Source: Octopus vulgaris (taxonomy: Eukaryota). From it: DNA of 64,000 nt. How positions within the stretch are numbered: position 1 is the stretch's first letter; each line of letters opens with the position of its first letter. The stretch is taken from NCBI GenBank assembly GCA_951406725.2, contig OX597840.1:6262001-6326000 (forward strand). The letters run 5' to 3'. Shown here in pieces: positions 15,701-30,282 of this stretch. Position numbers and translations under genes: made by a program. The notes under the pieces were generated by a model, which had not been told where the DNA came from, did not search any database, and saw only the letters and a program-made list of their open reading frames with translations.

Positions 15701-18700
15701 GGCAAAATCTTGGTTTATACTTTGGTTGTTTTCATTTTGTTTACGTTGAATTCATCTGTGAAGACAAAATGCTCCTCATATCAGGATCCCTTGAATTCTC
15801 TTGGCAAAATATAATATTCTTTTCTCATACGAGAAAATGATATTCTTTGGTTTATTCCAAAATCATGTGCGGCTACCTGTGATTTCATTGTGCTTTATCC
15901 AAAATGGAGACAAGCACCAACATCCCATGTGGTAGGTTAGATGGTAGCTGAAATTTATGGTAGCCTTGTCGACATGCAAATAAAGAATATTTATCTACCA
16001 ATGCAGTGTTGAGCAATCGTTCCTACAGTTTAACATTAGCATATTCGTAATTTCAAAGTGAAAGCAGCTCTGATAAAAACATTATCATACATAGTTTTTC
16101 CTGAAAAGGGTTTCCTCAGGACACTATCCTGCAGCAAATTGGTATATAGACAAACAACATACACTGTGTATGTGCAACTGATGATATATATATATATGTG
16201 TATAAATACTTCAAACACTCTATTCATTTGAAATTAAATAGTAGAAGAATTTTAGCATTTCATTTTTATAGGGTGGAAAGATATTGTATGTAAAACGAAA
16301 AAAGCACCAATTTTCAACAGTATAAATTCTAATTCTGAAAAATAATTTTCAGAATTCTCTTTCAGTTACATATTCTACATTCTCAGCCATGCTGAATTAT
16401 ACCTTTTCTGTCTTTCTGTCTGTCTATATGTATGTATAAAGCTATCTATCCATCTGTCTTTCTTTCTTTCTATCACCCAAACAATTTCAAAATATATCTG
16501 AAATGCAGCAAAAGATTCAGTCTTTTTTTTTTTTTGATTATAAACAAAACTTTAAAAATTTTTTTCATACACTGAATTTTATGAACAGAAGTCATATTCA
16601 ACATTATGGGACATATATATTTAGAAGTTTATCAATAAAAATAAATATTTAATATTAACTTGATTTTACATTAAGCAATCCTAGAGTTTTGCTTTACAAA
16701 TCTGGTAAAAGTCTATCAATAAATACAAATTCGTTTTTATTTCCAAACCTTCATTATTTATTAATCAAATATTCTCCAACATGCTATATATTGAAGAACC
16801 CTATTAGCTATTAACAATAGAAAAATGATATTTAATACAAAATAAATTGCCATTTTCTTGCAGGACCAAGTGTATCTAGCATAGCTGTTACTCCATCAGG
16901 TAAGTACAATTAGTTATTAAAATGAAAGTGTTTAAGGTGGTGAGGAGGTAGAATCGTTAGCATGCTGGACAAAATGCATAGTGGTATTTCATCTATCGCC
17001 ATGTTCTGAGTTCAAATTACGCTCAGGTCAACTTTAACTTTCATCCTTTTGGGATTGATAAAATAAGTACCAGTCTAATACTGCATTGAGGCCTACATTT
17101 CACTGCCCTGTAGCATACATATGAATACAATAACATGATAGTTTCACATGACCAAACTATCAAAGTCTTCTCTCTTGCATCTTACAATTCCTTCCTCCTA
17201 TAGATAATTGTCTCTCACAATATTTGCACTTTGTCATACATGCACACTAATTTTGAAGAACCCTATTAGCTATTAACAATAGAAAAATGATATTTAATGC
17301 AAAATAAATTGCCATTTTCTTGTAGGACCAAGTGCATCTAGCATAGCTGTTACTACATCAGGTAAGTACAATTCGACTGTTTGTTTAGTTATTAAAATAA
17401 AAGTATTTAATGTGGTGAGCTGGCAGAATCGTTAGCATGCCGGGCGAAATGCTTAGCAGTGTTTCGTCTACCGTTACGTTCTGAGTTCAGATTCGCCGAG
17501 AATGTCTGTCTGTGTGTTCCCCTAAAACTTGAGAACAGCACAACCAATTTCATTCAAATTTTACACATGCCTTACTTATGGTCCATGCAGTTTCATGAGC
17601 AAGAACAATGTTCAACCTCTTGCCTAGGCAAGCCCATAGCAGTATCATATCTTCTCCACTATTTCAGTATTACGTGTTAAAAGTGATACAAAAACATTTC
17701 TCTATCTATCCCCAAACAATTTGAAAATATTTTTGAAATCTGGAAAAAGTCTGTCCATAAATATAAATGCGTTCTCATTTTTAAACCTTCATTATTTATT
17801 AATCAAATATTCTCCAACATGTTGTATATTGAAGAACCCTATTTGCTATTAACGATAAAAAAATGATATTTAATACAAAATAAATTGCCATTTTGTTGCA
17901 GGACCAAGTATATCTAGCATAGCTGTTACTCCATCAGGCAAGTACAATTCTATTTGTTTAGTTATTAAAATAAAAGTATTTAAGGTGGTGAGCTGGCAGA
18001 ATCGTTATAACACCGGGCGATATGCTTAGTGGTATTTAATCTATTGCTATGTTCTGGGTTCAAATTCTGCTAAGGTCAACTTTACCTTTCATCATTTTGG
18101 TTTTGATAAAATAAGTACCAGTTGAATACTAGATTGAGGCCCACAATTCACTGCCATGTAGCATCCATTTTTATACAATAAGGTGATGGTTCCACATGAC
18201 CAAACTATCACATTGTATCACATGACCAAACTATCAAAGTCTTCTCTCTTGCATCTTACAACTCCTTCCTCCTATGGCTAATTTTTCTCTCATATCATTT
18301 GCACTTTGTCATACATGCACACTAATTTTGCACATACATTAGAGCTTGTTCCAATCCTATCAAACCATCCCATGTGCACTGCACTCAGGCCCACACCTCA
18401 CTACCATGTAGCATACATGTTTGTACAATAAGATGATACATTCAGATAGAGGAATTGAAAGCAAAACTGTAATGTAATAGATAACATGGTCAATCAAGAA
18501 ATATATGCATTTCTTATAAGATGACTATGAGTCAGTTTGTCTTTTCTCACTCAAAATATTACATATAATGACTAACATCATTTAAACTTTGAATATGTCA
18601 GCAGTTAATCCATTCAGAATCCATTTACTATCACACTTAATCAGAGATGTTTTTACTTTAAGCATTCAATGTAATTTTCCACATTTACTGAAATATTTTC

Positions 18701-21700
18701 ATTAGATGGTAATTTGCTTTTCTAACACGACATAAATGTTATGTGATTGGAAGTAAATGGATATTTATGCTTTGATTTCAGAGGTAACTGGTACTATACG
18801 CCCCCACACTGGTACGTAAGTTTTAATATCAATATATGAAATGTCTTTATATTCAAAATATATATATATATACTGATTATAACTACAATGGACCATATTC
18901 TTCAACATGAAAGTAGTGGCAAAATCTTGGTTTCTACTTTGGTTGTTTTCATTTTGTTTATGTTGAATTCATCTGTGAAGACAAAATGCTCCTCATATCA
19001 GGATCCCTTGAATTCTCTTGGCAAAATATAATATTCTTTTCTCATACGAGAAAATGATATTCTTTGGTTTATTCCAAAATCATGTGCGGCTTCCTGTGAT
19101 TTCATTGTGCTTTATCCAAAATGGAGACAAGCACCAACATCCCATGTGGTAGGCTAGATGGTAGCTGAAATTTATGGTAGCCTTGTCGACTTACAAATAA
19201 AGAATATTTATCTACCAATGCAGTGTTGAGCAATTGTTCCTACAGTTTAACATTAGCATATTCGTAATTTCAAAGTGAAAGCAGCTCTGATAAAAACATT
19301 ATCATACATAGTTTTTCCTGAAAAGAGTTTCCTCAGGACACTATCCTGCAGCAAGTTGGTATATAAACAAACAACATACACTGTGTATGTGCAACTGATG
19401 ATATATATATATGTGTATAGATACTGCAAACACTCTATTCATTTGAAATTAAATAGTAGGAGAATTTTAGCATTTCATTTTTATAGGGTGGAAAGATATT
19501 GTTTGTAAAACGAAAAAAGCACCAATTTTCAACAGTATAAATTCTAATTCTGAAAAATAATTTTCAGAATCCTCTTACAGTTACATATTCTACATTCTCA
19601 GCCATGCTGAATTATACCTTAACTGTCTTTCTGTCTGTCTATATGTATGTATAAAGCTATCTATCTATCTGTCTTTCTTTCTTTCTATCACCCAAACAAT
19701 TTCAAAATATATCTGAAATGCAGCAAAAGACTCAGTCTTTTTTTTTTTTGATTATAAACAAAACTTTTTTAATTTTTTTCATACACTGAATTTTATGAAC
19801 AGAAGTCATATTCAACTTTATGGGACACATATATTTAGAAGTTTATCAATAAAAATAAATATTTAATATTTAGTTTGATTTTACATTAAGCAATCCTAAA
19901 ATTTTGCTTTACAAATCTGTTAAAAGTCTGTCCATAAATATAAATTCGTTTTCATTTTTAGACCTTCATTATCTATTAATCAAATATTCTCCAACATGCT
20001 ATATATTGCAGAACCCTATTAGCTATTAACAATAGAAAAATAATATTAATACAAAATAAATTGCCATTTTCTTGCAGGACCAAGTGTATCTAGCATAGCT
20101 GTTACTCCATCAGGTCAGTACAATTCTACTGTTTGTTTAGTTATTTAAATGAAAGTATTTAATATGGTGAGCTGGCAGAATCGTTAGCATGCCGGGCGAA
20201 ATGCTTGGCAGTGTTTCGTCTGCCGTTACATTCTGAGTTCAAATTCGCCGAGATTAACTTTGACATTCATCCTTTCGGGGTTCGGTTAAATAAGTACCAG
20301 TCACGCACTGGGATCGATCTAATCAACTTAATCCGTTTGTCTGTCCTTGTTTGTACTCTCTGTGTTTAGCCCCTTGTGGGTAGTAAATAAATTGGTATTT
20401 TATTTTTTGCTACGTTCTAAGATGACTATCAATTTCTTTGTCTTTTCTCACTCAACATATTACATAGAATGACTAATATCATTTAAACTTTGAATATGTC
20501 AGCAGTTAATCCATTCATAATACATTTATTAATTACATTTAAACAGAGATGTTTTTAGTTTAAGCATTCAATGTAATTTTCCCACATTTACTGAAATATT
20601 TTCATTAGATAGTAATTTGTTTTTCTAACACAGCATAAAATTAGCATGCAGAAATGGAATAGTCCAGATGGAGGTGTGCACATATCGTTTACCACGGCTT
20701 TTACATTAGATTATCTGCTAATTAGCTAGCATTAAGTATCTATATGAAGTTTGGCTGTATGTAACGTCTGTTTTCTTGAACAGCCACTTCTACTGAGTAC
20801 TGCTGTTGGTTTATTTTTATACATAAAGGACTATAGCTTCAACTGCGTACTGATTTTTGATTCACCGTAAGGTTTGCTGTTATTATTATTACTGCTTAAC
20901 TATTGTTATCACGTTAGTTGGTTCCTTGTAAGGGAAACGTTGTTGTGTTGCATTTGTTAAATAATTGTAAACTGAAACCCGCCCCCTTTGATTATTGTTT
21001 AAAATTGAATTGTGTCCCTCTTTGGGGAAATTGACAATATTTTCATCGTTTACACATAAGTATTTCTGTTAAAATGCCTTCTTTAGGAGAAAGTCCAAAA
21101 ATGAATTTCACTGCAGTCTTCGGCGGGCGCAAACTTAAAATGGAAGAAAAACAATCCTATTTCGGATTGATCACCGACAAAGACGGTGAATCTAGGATAA
21201 CACAACCAAACAAAATAAAAAATTAAATTAAACAGAAGACTATTGTCTATAAAGTATACAATGTAGAGAAAAGAAAAGATTTGAAAACCTGGAGGAAAGC
21301 ACCATTGAAAAGTTACATGGTGTGACTATGAAAGATATCTATCCAGAGGCGGTAAATTCGCCACAATGGAAGCAAGGTTCGAGTCAACGGCGCATGCAAG
21401 GGAGTACTCAACTTGAACCTTGCAAAGTGGAAATATTTTATTTTTACTTTTATATCTGGGATGGAGAACGTCCCGGATAAAAATTAAAATGTTCCCACAG
21501 AAGTAGAGGTAGGCTGGATTGTAGCCACACTTCTATAGAAGAGGGCGGACAAGATACAATTGATCGAAATTGCAAGAGACAGGCCTACAATTCCAGTCTG
21601 TTATATATTCTGAGTATTGTTATCACAAGCAATATCAAGATATAACTTTGTATTTTGTATTTTATGTGTAGATGTATATAGATCGATGTACACATATATC

Positions 21701-22043
21701 TACACATCTATACATGCACTAAGCACTATGACCAGGCAACGACAGGTCATAACGCTAGTAGGATATAAACTTTCAAAGCAGGTGACACTCAGACATAAAC
21801 TTAGATTGTCACAAACTTACATAGCATAAAAAATATCAAATGGTTTTGAAGAAAAAGTAGAAGAATTTTAGCATTTCATTGTTATAGGGTGGAAAGATAT
21901 TGTATGTAAAACGAAAGAAGCACTAAATTTCAGCAGCCACTTTCAGTTACATATTCTACATTCTCAGCCATGCTAATTTATACCTTCTCTTACTGTCAGT
22001 CTGTCTGACTGTCTGTTTGTCTGTCTATGTATGTATGTAACTG

Positions 22044-22082
<39 letters not shown>

Positions 22083-25000
22083 CTATCTAAACAATTTGAA
22101 AATATTTTTGAAATCTGGAAAAAGTCTGTCCATAAATATAAATCCGTTTTTATTTCTAAACCTTCATTATTTATTAATCAAATATTCTCCAACATGCTAT
22201 ATATTGAAGAACCCTATTTGCTATTAACGATACAAAAATGATATTTAATACAATATAAATTGCCATTTTCTTGCAGCACCAAATGTTACTAGCATAGCTG
22301 TTACTCCATCAGGTAAGTACAATTCTACTGTTTGTTTAGTTATTAAAATGAAAGTGCTTAAGCTGGTGAGCTGGTAGAATCGTTAGCATGCTGGACAAAA
22401 TGCTTAGTGGTATTTCATCAATCGCTACGTTCTGAGTTCAAATTCCGCTAAGGTCGACTTTCCCTTTTATCCTTTTGGGGTTGATAAAATAAGTACCAGT
22501 TGAATACTACATTGAGGCCCACAATTCACTACCATGTAGCATACATGTTTATACAATAAGATGATACTTTCAGAGAGAGGAATTGAAATCAAAACTGTAA
22601 CGTATTAGATAACATGGACAATCAAGAAATATATGCATTGCTCATAAGATGACTATCAGTCAGTTTGTCTTTTCTCACTCAATATATTACATATAATGAC
22701 TAATATCTTTTAAACTTTGAATATGTCAGCAGTTAATCCAATCATAATACATTTATTAATTACACTTAAACATAGATATTTTTAATTTAAGCATTCAATG
22801 TAATTTTCCACATTTACTGAAATATTTTCATTGGATGGTAATTTGTTTTTCTAACACGACATAAATGTTATGTGATTGGAAGTAAATGGATATTTATGCT
22901 TTGATTTCAGAGGTAACTGGTACTATACACCCTCACACTGGTATGTATGTTTTAATATCAATATACGAAATGTCTTTATATTCTAAATATATATATATAT
23001 ATATATACTGATTATAACTACAATGGAAAACATTCTACATCATTTTTAAACCTTCATTATAAACCTTCATAATATTCTCCAACATGCTATATATTGAAGA
23101 ACCCTATTTTCTATTAACGAGACAAAAATGATATATAATACATATAAATTGCCATTTTCTTGCAGGACCAGCTGTTACTCCATCAGGTAAGTACAATTCT
23201 ACTGTTTGTTTAGTTATTAAAATGAAAGTGTTTAAGGTGATGAGCTGGTAGAATCATTAGAACACCGGGCGATATGCTTGGCGGTATTTCATCTATCACT
23301 CTGTACTGAGTTCAAATTCTGCTAATGTCAACTTTACCTTTCATCATTTCGGGGTCGATAAAATATGTACCAGTTGAAAAAATGAGTCGATGTGATCAGC
23401 TCATCCCCTCCCCCAAAAAATTACTTCTCTTGTGGCAAAAGTTGAAACCATTATTATGAAAGTATTACTGAATGTAATTCGTTATTCTATGACAGAATTT
23501 TTAGCTTAATCACAAATGCTTTGAAATAATTATTGGTAGCTTATGAAGCAATTCCTCATAAGAATCCTTTAACCCAGCTGCGTTCAGTCGTCCTGCATGC
23601 ACATAAATTTTGCACATACATTAGAGCTTGTTCCAATCTTGTCAAGCCATCCCATGTGCTCTACATTCAGGCCCACATCTCACTACCATGTAGCATACAT
23701 ATTTATACACTAGGATGATACTTTCAGAGAGAGGAATTGAAAGCAAAACTGTAACGTAATAGATAACATGGACAATCAAGAAATATATGCATTTCTTATA
23801 AGATGACTATCAGTCAGTTTGTCTTTTCTCACTCAACATATTACATATAATGACTAATATCTTTTAAACTTTGAATATGTCAGCAGTTAATCCATTCAAA
23901 ACACATTTACTATTACATTTAAACAGAGATGTTTTTAGTTTTAGCATTCAATGTAATTTTCCACATTTACTGAAATATTTTCATTAGATGGTAATTTGTT
24001 TTTCTAACACGACATAAATATTATTTGATTGGAAGTAAATGGATATTTATGCTTTGATTACAGAGGTAACTGGTACTATACCCCCTCACACTGGTATGTA
24101 AGTTTTAATATTAATATATGTAAGTCTAATGATGAAATCATTATCAGTCACACATACATAGTTTATGTTTACCTTATAAACACCCAGTGTCATGTAAAGA
24201 GTTTCCTCAGGACACCATCCTGCAGCAAGTTGGTATATATACAAACCATATACACTGTGTATGTGTAACTGATAATATATATATGTGGATATATACTGCA
24301 AACACTCTATTCATTTCAAATTTGATAGTAACACTTGGGAAATATTGGTGAAAACTCAGATCCAAATTTTAATCCATGCCAATTTTTAAGCAAGAAACCA
24401 TCTCTCTATATATTAAACTAAGAATGTCTGTCTGTGTGTTTCCCTAAAACTTGAGAACTGCACAACCAATTTCATTCAAATTTTACACATGCCTGACTTA
24501 AGGTTCATGTAGTTTCATGGGCAAAAACAATGTTCAACTTCTTACCTAGGCAAGCCCATAGCAATATCATATCTTCTCCACTATTTCAGTATTACGTGTT
24601 AAAATTGAAACAAAAACATTTCTCTATTTTATGTCAGATACTTTCACTTTAACAATAAAAATTAGAGATAATAATAATAATTGAATTATATGTAGTAAGT
24701 AATAATTAAAATCAAATTAAAGTATAATATAATCGTTACATAACAAAAGTAAAAATAGTAATTGGTAAAAAAATTGCATCAATGACTTGAACTTGAATAA
24801 GTGGTTTCACATGAATGGGAATAAATTAAAAATAAAATTAGCATGCTGAAATGGAATAGTCCAGATGGAGCTGTGCACAAACCGTTTACTATGGCTTTTA
24901 CATTAGATTATCTGCTAATTAGCTAGCATTAAGTATCTATATGAAGTTTGGCTGTATGTAATGTCTGTTTTCTCGAACAGCGTCTTCTACTGAGTACTGC

Positions 25001-26267
25001 TGTTGGTTTATTTCTTATACATAAAGGACTATAGCTTCAACTGCCTACTGCTTTTTGATTCACCGTAAGGTTTGCTGTTATTATTATTACTGTTTAACTA
25101 TTGTTATCACGTTTGTTGGTTCCTCGTAAGGGAAACGTTGTTGTGTTGCATTTGTTAAATAATTGTAAACTGTAACCATCCCACTTTGGGAGAAGGAGCG
25201 TTGGTTATTGTTTAAAATTGAATTGTGTCCCTGTTTGTGGAAATTGACAATATTTTCACCGTTTACACGGAAGCATTTTTGTTAGAATGCCTTCGATAAA
25301 AGAAAGTCCAAAAATGAATTTCGCTGCAGCCTTTGGCGGTCGCGAACTCATTAAAATTAAAATGGAAGAAATACAAACCTATTTCGGATTAATCACCGAC
25401 AAAGATGGTGAATCTAAGATAACACCACCAAACGAAATAAAAAATTAAATTGAAGAAAAGACAATTGTCTATAAAGTATACAATGTAGAGAAAAGAAAAG
25501 ATTTGAAAACCTGGAGGAAAGCACCATCGAAAAGTGTTTTGGTGCGACTATGAAAGATAACTAACCAGAGGCGGTAAATTTGCCACAATAGAAGCAAGGT
25601 TCGAGTCAACGGAGCATGCAAGGGAGTACTCGACTCGAACCTTGCATAGTAGAAATATTTTATTTTTACCTTTATATCTGGGACGTAGGACATCCCGGAT
25701 AAAAATTTAAAATGTCCCCCCAGATGTAGAGGTAGGCTGGACTGTAGCCACACTTCTATAGAAGAGGACGGACAAGATACAATTGATCGAAATTGCAAGA
25801 GACGGGCCTACAATTCCAGTCTGTTATATATTCTGAGTATTGCTATCACGAGCAATATCTAGATATAACTTTGTATTTTGTATTTTATGTGTAGATGTAT
25901 ATATATAGATGTACACATATATCTACACATATATACATGCACTAAGCACTATGACCAGGCAACGACAGGTCATAATGCTAGTAAGATATAAACTTTCAAA
26001 GCAGGTGACACTCAGACATAAACTTAGATTGTCACAAACTTACATAGCATAAAAAATATCAAATGGTTTTAAAGAAAAAGTAGAAGAATTTTAGCATTTC
26101 ATTGTTATAGGGTGGAAAGATATTGTATGTAAAACGAAAAGAAGCACCAATTTTCAGCAGCCACTTTCAGTTACATATTCTACATTCTCAGCCATGCTAA
26201 TTTATACCTTCTCTTACTGTCAGTCTGTCTGACTGTCTGTTTGTCTGTCTATGTATGTATGTAACTG

Positions 26268-26302
<35 letters not shown>

Positions 26303-29300
26303 CTCAAACAATTTGAAAATATTTTTGAAATCTGGAAAAAGTCTGTCCATAAATATAAATCCGTTTTTATTTCTAAACCTTCATTATTTATTAATCAAAT
26401 ATTCTCCAACATGCTATATATTGAAGAACCCTATTTGCTATTAACGATACAAAAATGATATTTAATACAATATAAATTGCCATTTTCTTGCAGCACCAAA
26501 TGTTACTAGTATAGCTGTTACTCCATCAGGTAAGTACAATTCTACTGTTTGTTTAGTTATTAAAATGAAAGTGCTTAAGCTGGTGAGCTGGTAGAATCGT
26601 TAGCATGCTGGACAAAATGCTTAGTGGTATTTCATCAATCGCTACGTTCTGAGTTCAAATTCCGCTAAGGTCGACTTTCCCTTTTATCCTTTTGGGGTTG
26701 ATAAAATAAGTACCAGCTGAATACTACATTGAGGCCCGCAATTCACTACCATGTAGCATACATGTTTATACAATAAGATGATACTTTCAGATAGAAGAAT
26801 TGAAATCAAAACTGTAATGTAATAGATAACATGGACAATCAAGAAATATATGCATTTCTTATAAGATGACTATCAGTCAGTTTGTCTTTTCTCACTCAAT
26901 ATATTACATATAATGACTAATATCTTTTAAACTTTGAATATGTCAGCAGTTAATCCAATCATAATACATTTATTAATTACACTTAAACACAGATATTTTT
27001 AGTTTTAGCATTCAATGTAATTTTCCACATTTACTGAAATATTTTCATTAGATGGTAATTTGTTTTTCTAACACGGCATAAATGTTATGAGATTGGAAGT
27101 AAATGGCTATTTATGCTTTGTTTTCAGAGGTAACTGGTACTATACGCCCTCACACTGGTATGTAAGTTTTAATATCAATATATGAAATGTCTTTATATTC
27201 TAAAAATATATATATACTGATTATAACTACAATGGAAAACATTCTACATCATTTTTAAACCTTCATTATAAACCTTCATAATATTCTCCAACAAGATGTA
27301 TATTGAAGAACCCTATTTTCTATTAACGAGACAAAAATGATATATAATACATATAAATTGCCATTTTCTTGCAGGACCAGCTGTTACTCTATCAGGTAAG
27401 TACAATTCTACTGTTTGTTTAGTTATTAAAATGAAAGTGTTTAAGGTGATGAGCTGGTAGAATCATTAGAACACCGGGCGATATGCTTATTGGTATTTCA
27501 TCTATTGCTACGTACTGAGTTCAAATTCTGCTATGGTCAACTTTACATTTCATCATTTCGGGGTCGATAAAATATGTACCAGTTGAAAAAATGAGTCGAT
27601 GTGATCAACTCATCCCCTCCCCACAAAAATTACTTCTCTTGTGGCAAAAGTTGAAACCATTATTATGAAAGTATTACTGAATGTAATTCGTTATTCTATG
27701 ACAGAATTTTTAGCTTAATCACAAATGCTTTGAAATAATTATTGGTTGCTTATGAAGCTATTTCTCATCAGAAACCTTTAAACCCTGCTGAGTTCACTTG
27801 TCCTGTAATGCTTATAAATTCTGCACATACATTAGAGCTTGTTCCAATCTTATCAAGCCATCCCATGTGTTCTACATTCAGGCCCACATCTCACTACCAT
27901 GTAGCATACATGTTTATACACTAGGATGATACTTTCAGACAGAGGAATTGAAAGCAAAACTGTAACGTAATAGATAACTTAAACAATCAAGAAATATATG
28001 CATTGCTCATAAGATGACTATCGGTTAGTTTGTCTTTTCTCACTCAACATATTACATAGAATGACTAACATCTTTTAAACTTTGAATATGTCAGCAGTTA
28101 ATTCATTCATAATCCATTTACTGTTACACTTAAACAGAGATGTTTTTAGTTTAAGCATTAAATGTAATTTTCCACATTTACTGAAATATTTTCATTAGAT
28201 GGTAATTTGTTCTTCTAACACGAAATAAATGTTATGTGATTGGAAGTAAATGGATATTTATTCTTTGATTTCAGAGGTAACTGGTACCATACACCCTCAC
28301 ACTGGTATGTAAGTTTTAATATTAATATATGTAAGTCTAATGATGAAATCATTATCAGTCACACATACATAGTTTATATGTTTACTTTATAAACACCCAG
28401 TGTCATGTAAAGAGTTTCCTCAGGACACCATCCTGCAGCAAGTTCGTCCCTAAAACTTGAGAACTGCACAACCAATTTCATTCAAACTTTACACATGCCT
28501 TACTTAGGGTCCATGTAGTTTCATGGGCAAAAACAATGTTCAACTTCTTACCTAGGCAAGCCCATAGCAATATCATATCTTCTCCACTATTTCAGTATTA
28601 CGTGTTAAAACTGAAGCAAAAACATTTCTCTATTTTATGTCAGATACTTTCACTTTAACAATAAAAATTAGAGATAATAATAATAATTGAATTATATGTA
28701 GTAAGTAATAATTAAAATCAAATTAAAGTATAATATAATCGTTACATAACAAAAGTAAAAATAGCAATTAGTATAAAATTGCATCAATGACTTGAACTTG
28801 AATAAGTGATTTCACATGAATGAGAATAAATTAAAAATAAAATTAGCATGCAGAAATGGAATAGTCCAGATGGAGGTGTGCACATATCGTTTACTATGGC
28901 TTTTACATTAGATTATCTGCTAATTAGCTAGCATTAAGTATCTATATGAAGTTTGGCTGTATGTAATGTCTGTTTTCGCGAACAGCGTCTTCTACTGAGT
29001 ACTGCTGTTGGTTTATTTCTTATACATAAAGGACTATAGCTTCAACTGCCTACTGCTTTTTGATTCACCGTAAGGTTTGCTGTTATTATTATTACTGTTT
29101 AACTATTGTTGTCACGTTTGTTGGTTCCTCGTAAGGGAAACGTTGTTGTGTTGTATTTGTTAAATAATTGTAAACTGTAACCATCCCACTTTGGGAGTAG
29201 GAGCGTTGGTTATTGTTTAAAAATTGAATTGTGTCCCTGTTTGGGGAAAATGACAATATTTTCACCGTTTACACGGAAGCATTTTTGTTAGAATGCCTTC

Positions 29301-30251
29301 GATAAAAGAAGAAATACAAAATGGAAGAAATACAAACCTATTTCGGATTAATCACCGACAAAGTTGGTGAATCTAGGATAACACCACCAAACGAAATAAA
29401 AAATTAAATTAAACAAAAGACTATTGTCTATAAAGTATACAATGTAGAGAAAAGAAAAGATATGAAAACCTGGAGGAAAGCACCATCGAAAAGTGTTTTG
29501 GTGCGACTATGAAAGATAACTAACCAGAGGCGGTAAATTTGCCACAATAGAAGCAAGGTTCGAGTCAACGGAGCATGCAAGGGAGTACTCAACTCGAACC
29601 TTGCATAGTGGAAATATTTTATTTTTACGTTTATATCTGGGACGGAGGACGTCCCGGATAAAAATTTACAATGTCCACCCAGAAGTAGAGGTAGGCTGGA
29701 CTGTAGCCACACTTCTATAGAAGACGGCGGACAAGATATAATTGATCGAAATTGCAAAAGACGGGCCTACAATTCCAGTCTGTTATATATTCTGAGTATT
29801 GCTATCATGAGCAATATCAAGATATAACTTTGTATTTTGTATTTTATGTGTAGATGTATATATATAGATGTACATGTAATATGTGCACATTTATCTACAC
29901 ATCTATACATACACTAAGCACTATGACCAGGCAATGACGGGTTAACGCTAGTAGGATATAAACTTTCAAAGCAGGTGACACTCAGACATAAACTTAGATT
30001 GTCACAAACTTACATAGCATAAAATATATCAGATGGTTTTGAAGAAAAATTAGAATAATTTTAGCATTTCATTGTTATTGGGTGGAAAGATATTGTATGT
30101 AAAACGAAAAGAAGCACCAATTTTCAGCAGCCACTTTCAGTTACATATTCTACATTCTCAACCATGCTAATTTATACCTTCTCTTACTGTCAGTCTGTCT
30201 AATTGTCTGTTTGTCTGTCTATGTATGTATGTATGTATGTATGTATGTATG

Positions 30252-30282
<31 letters not shown>

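Noticed and set aside
25469-25798. 109-aa minus-strand ORF repeated at 29428
   Set aside because: It lies inside the duplicated Helitron-like element; no Rep/helicase motif or other family could be recognised.
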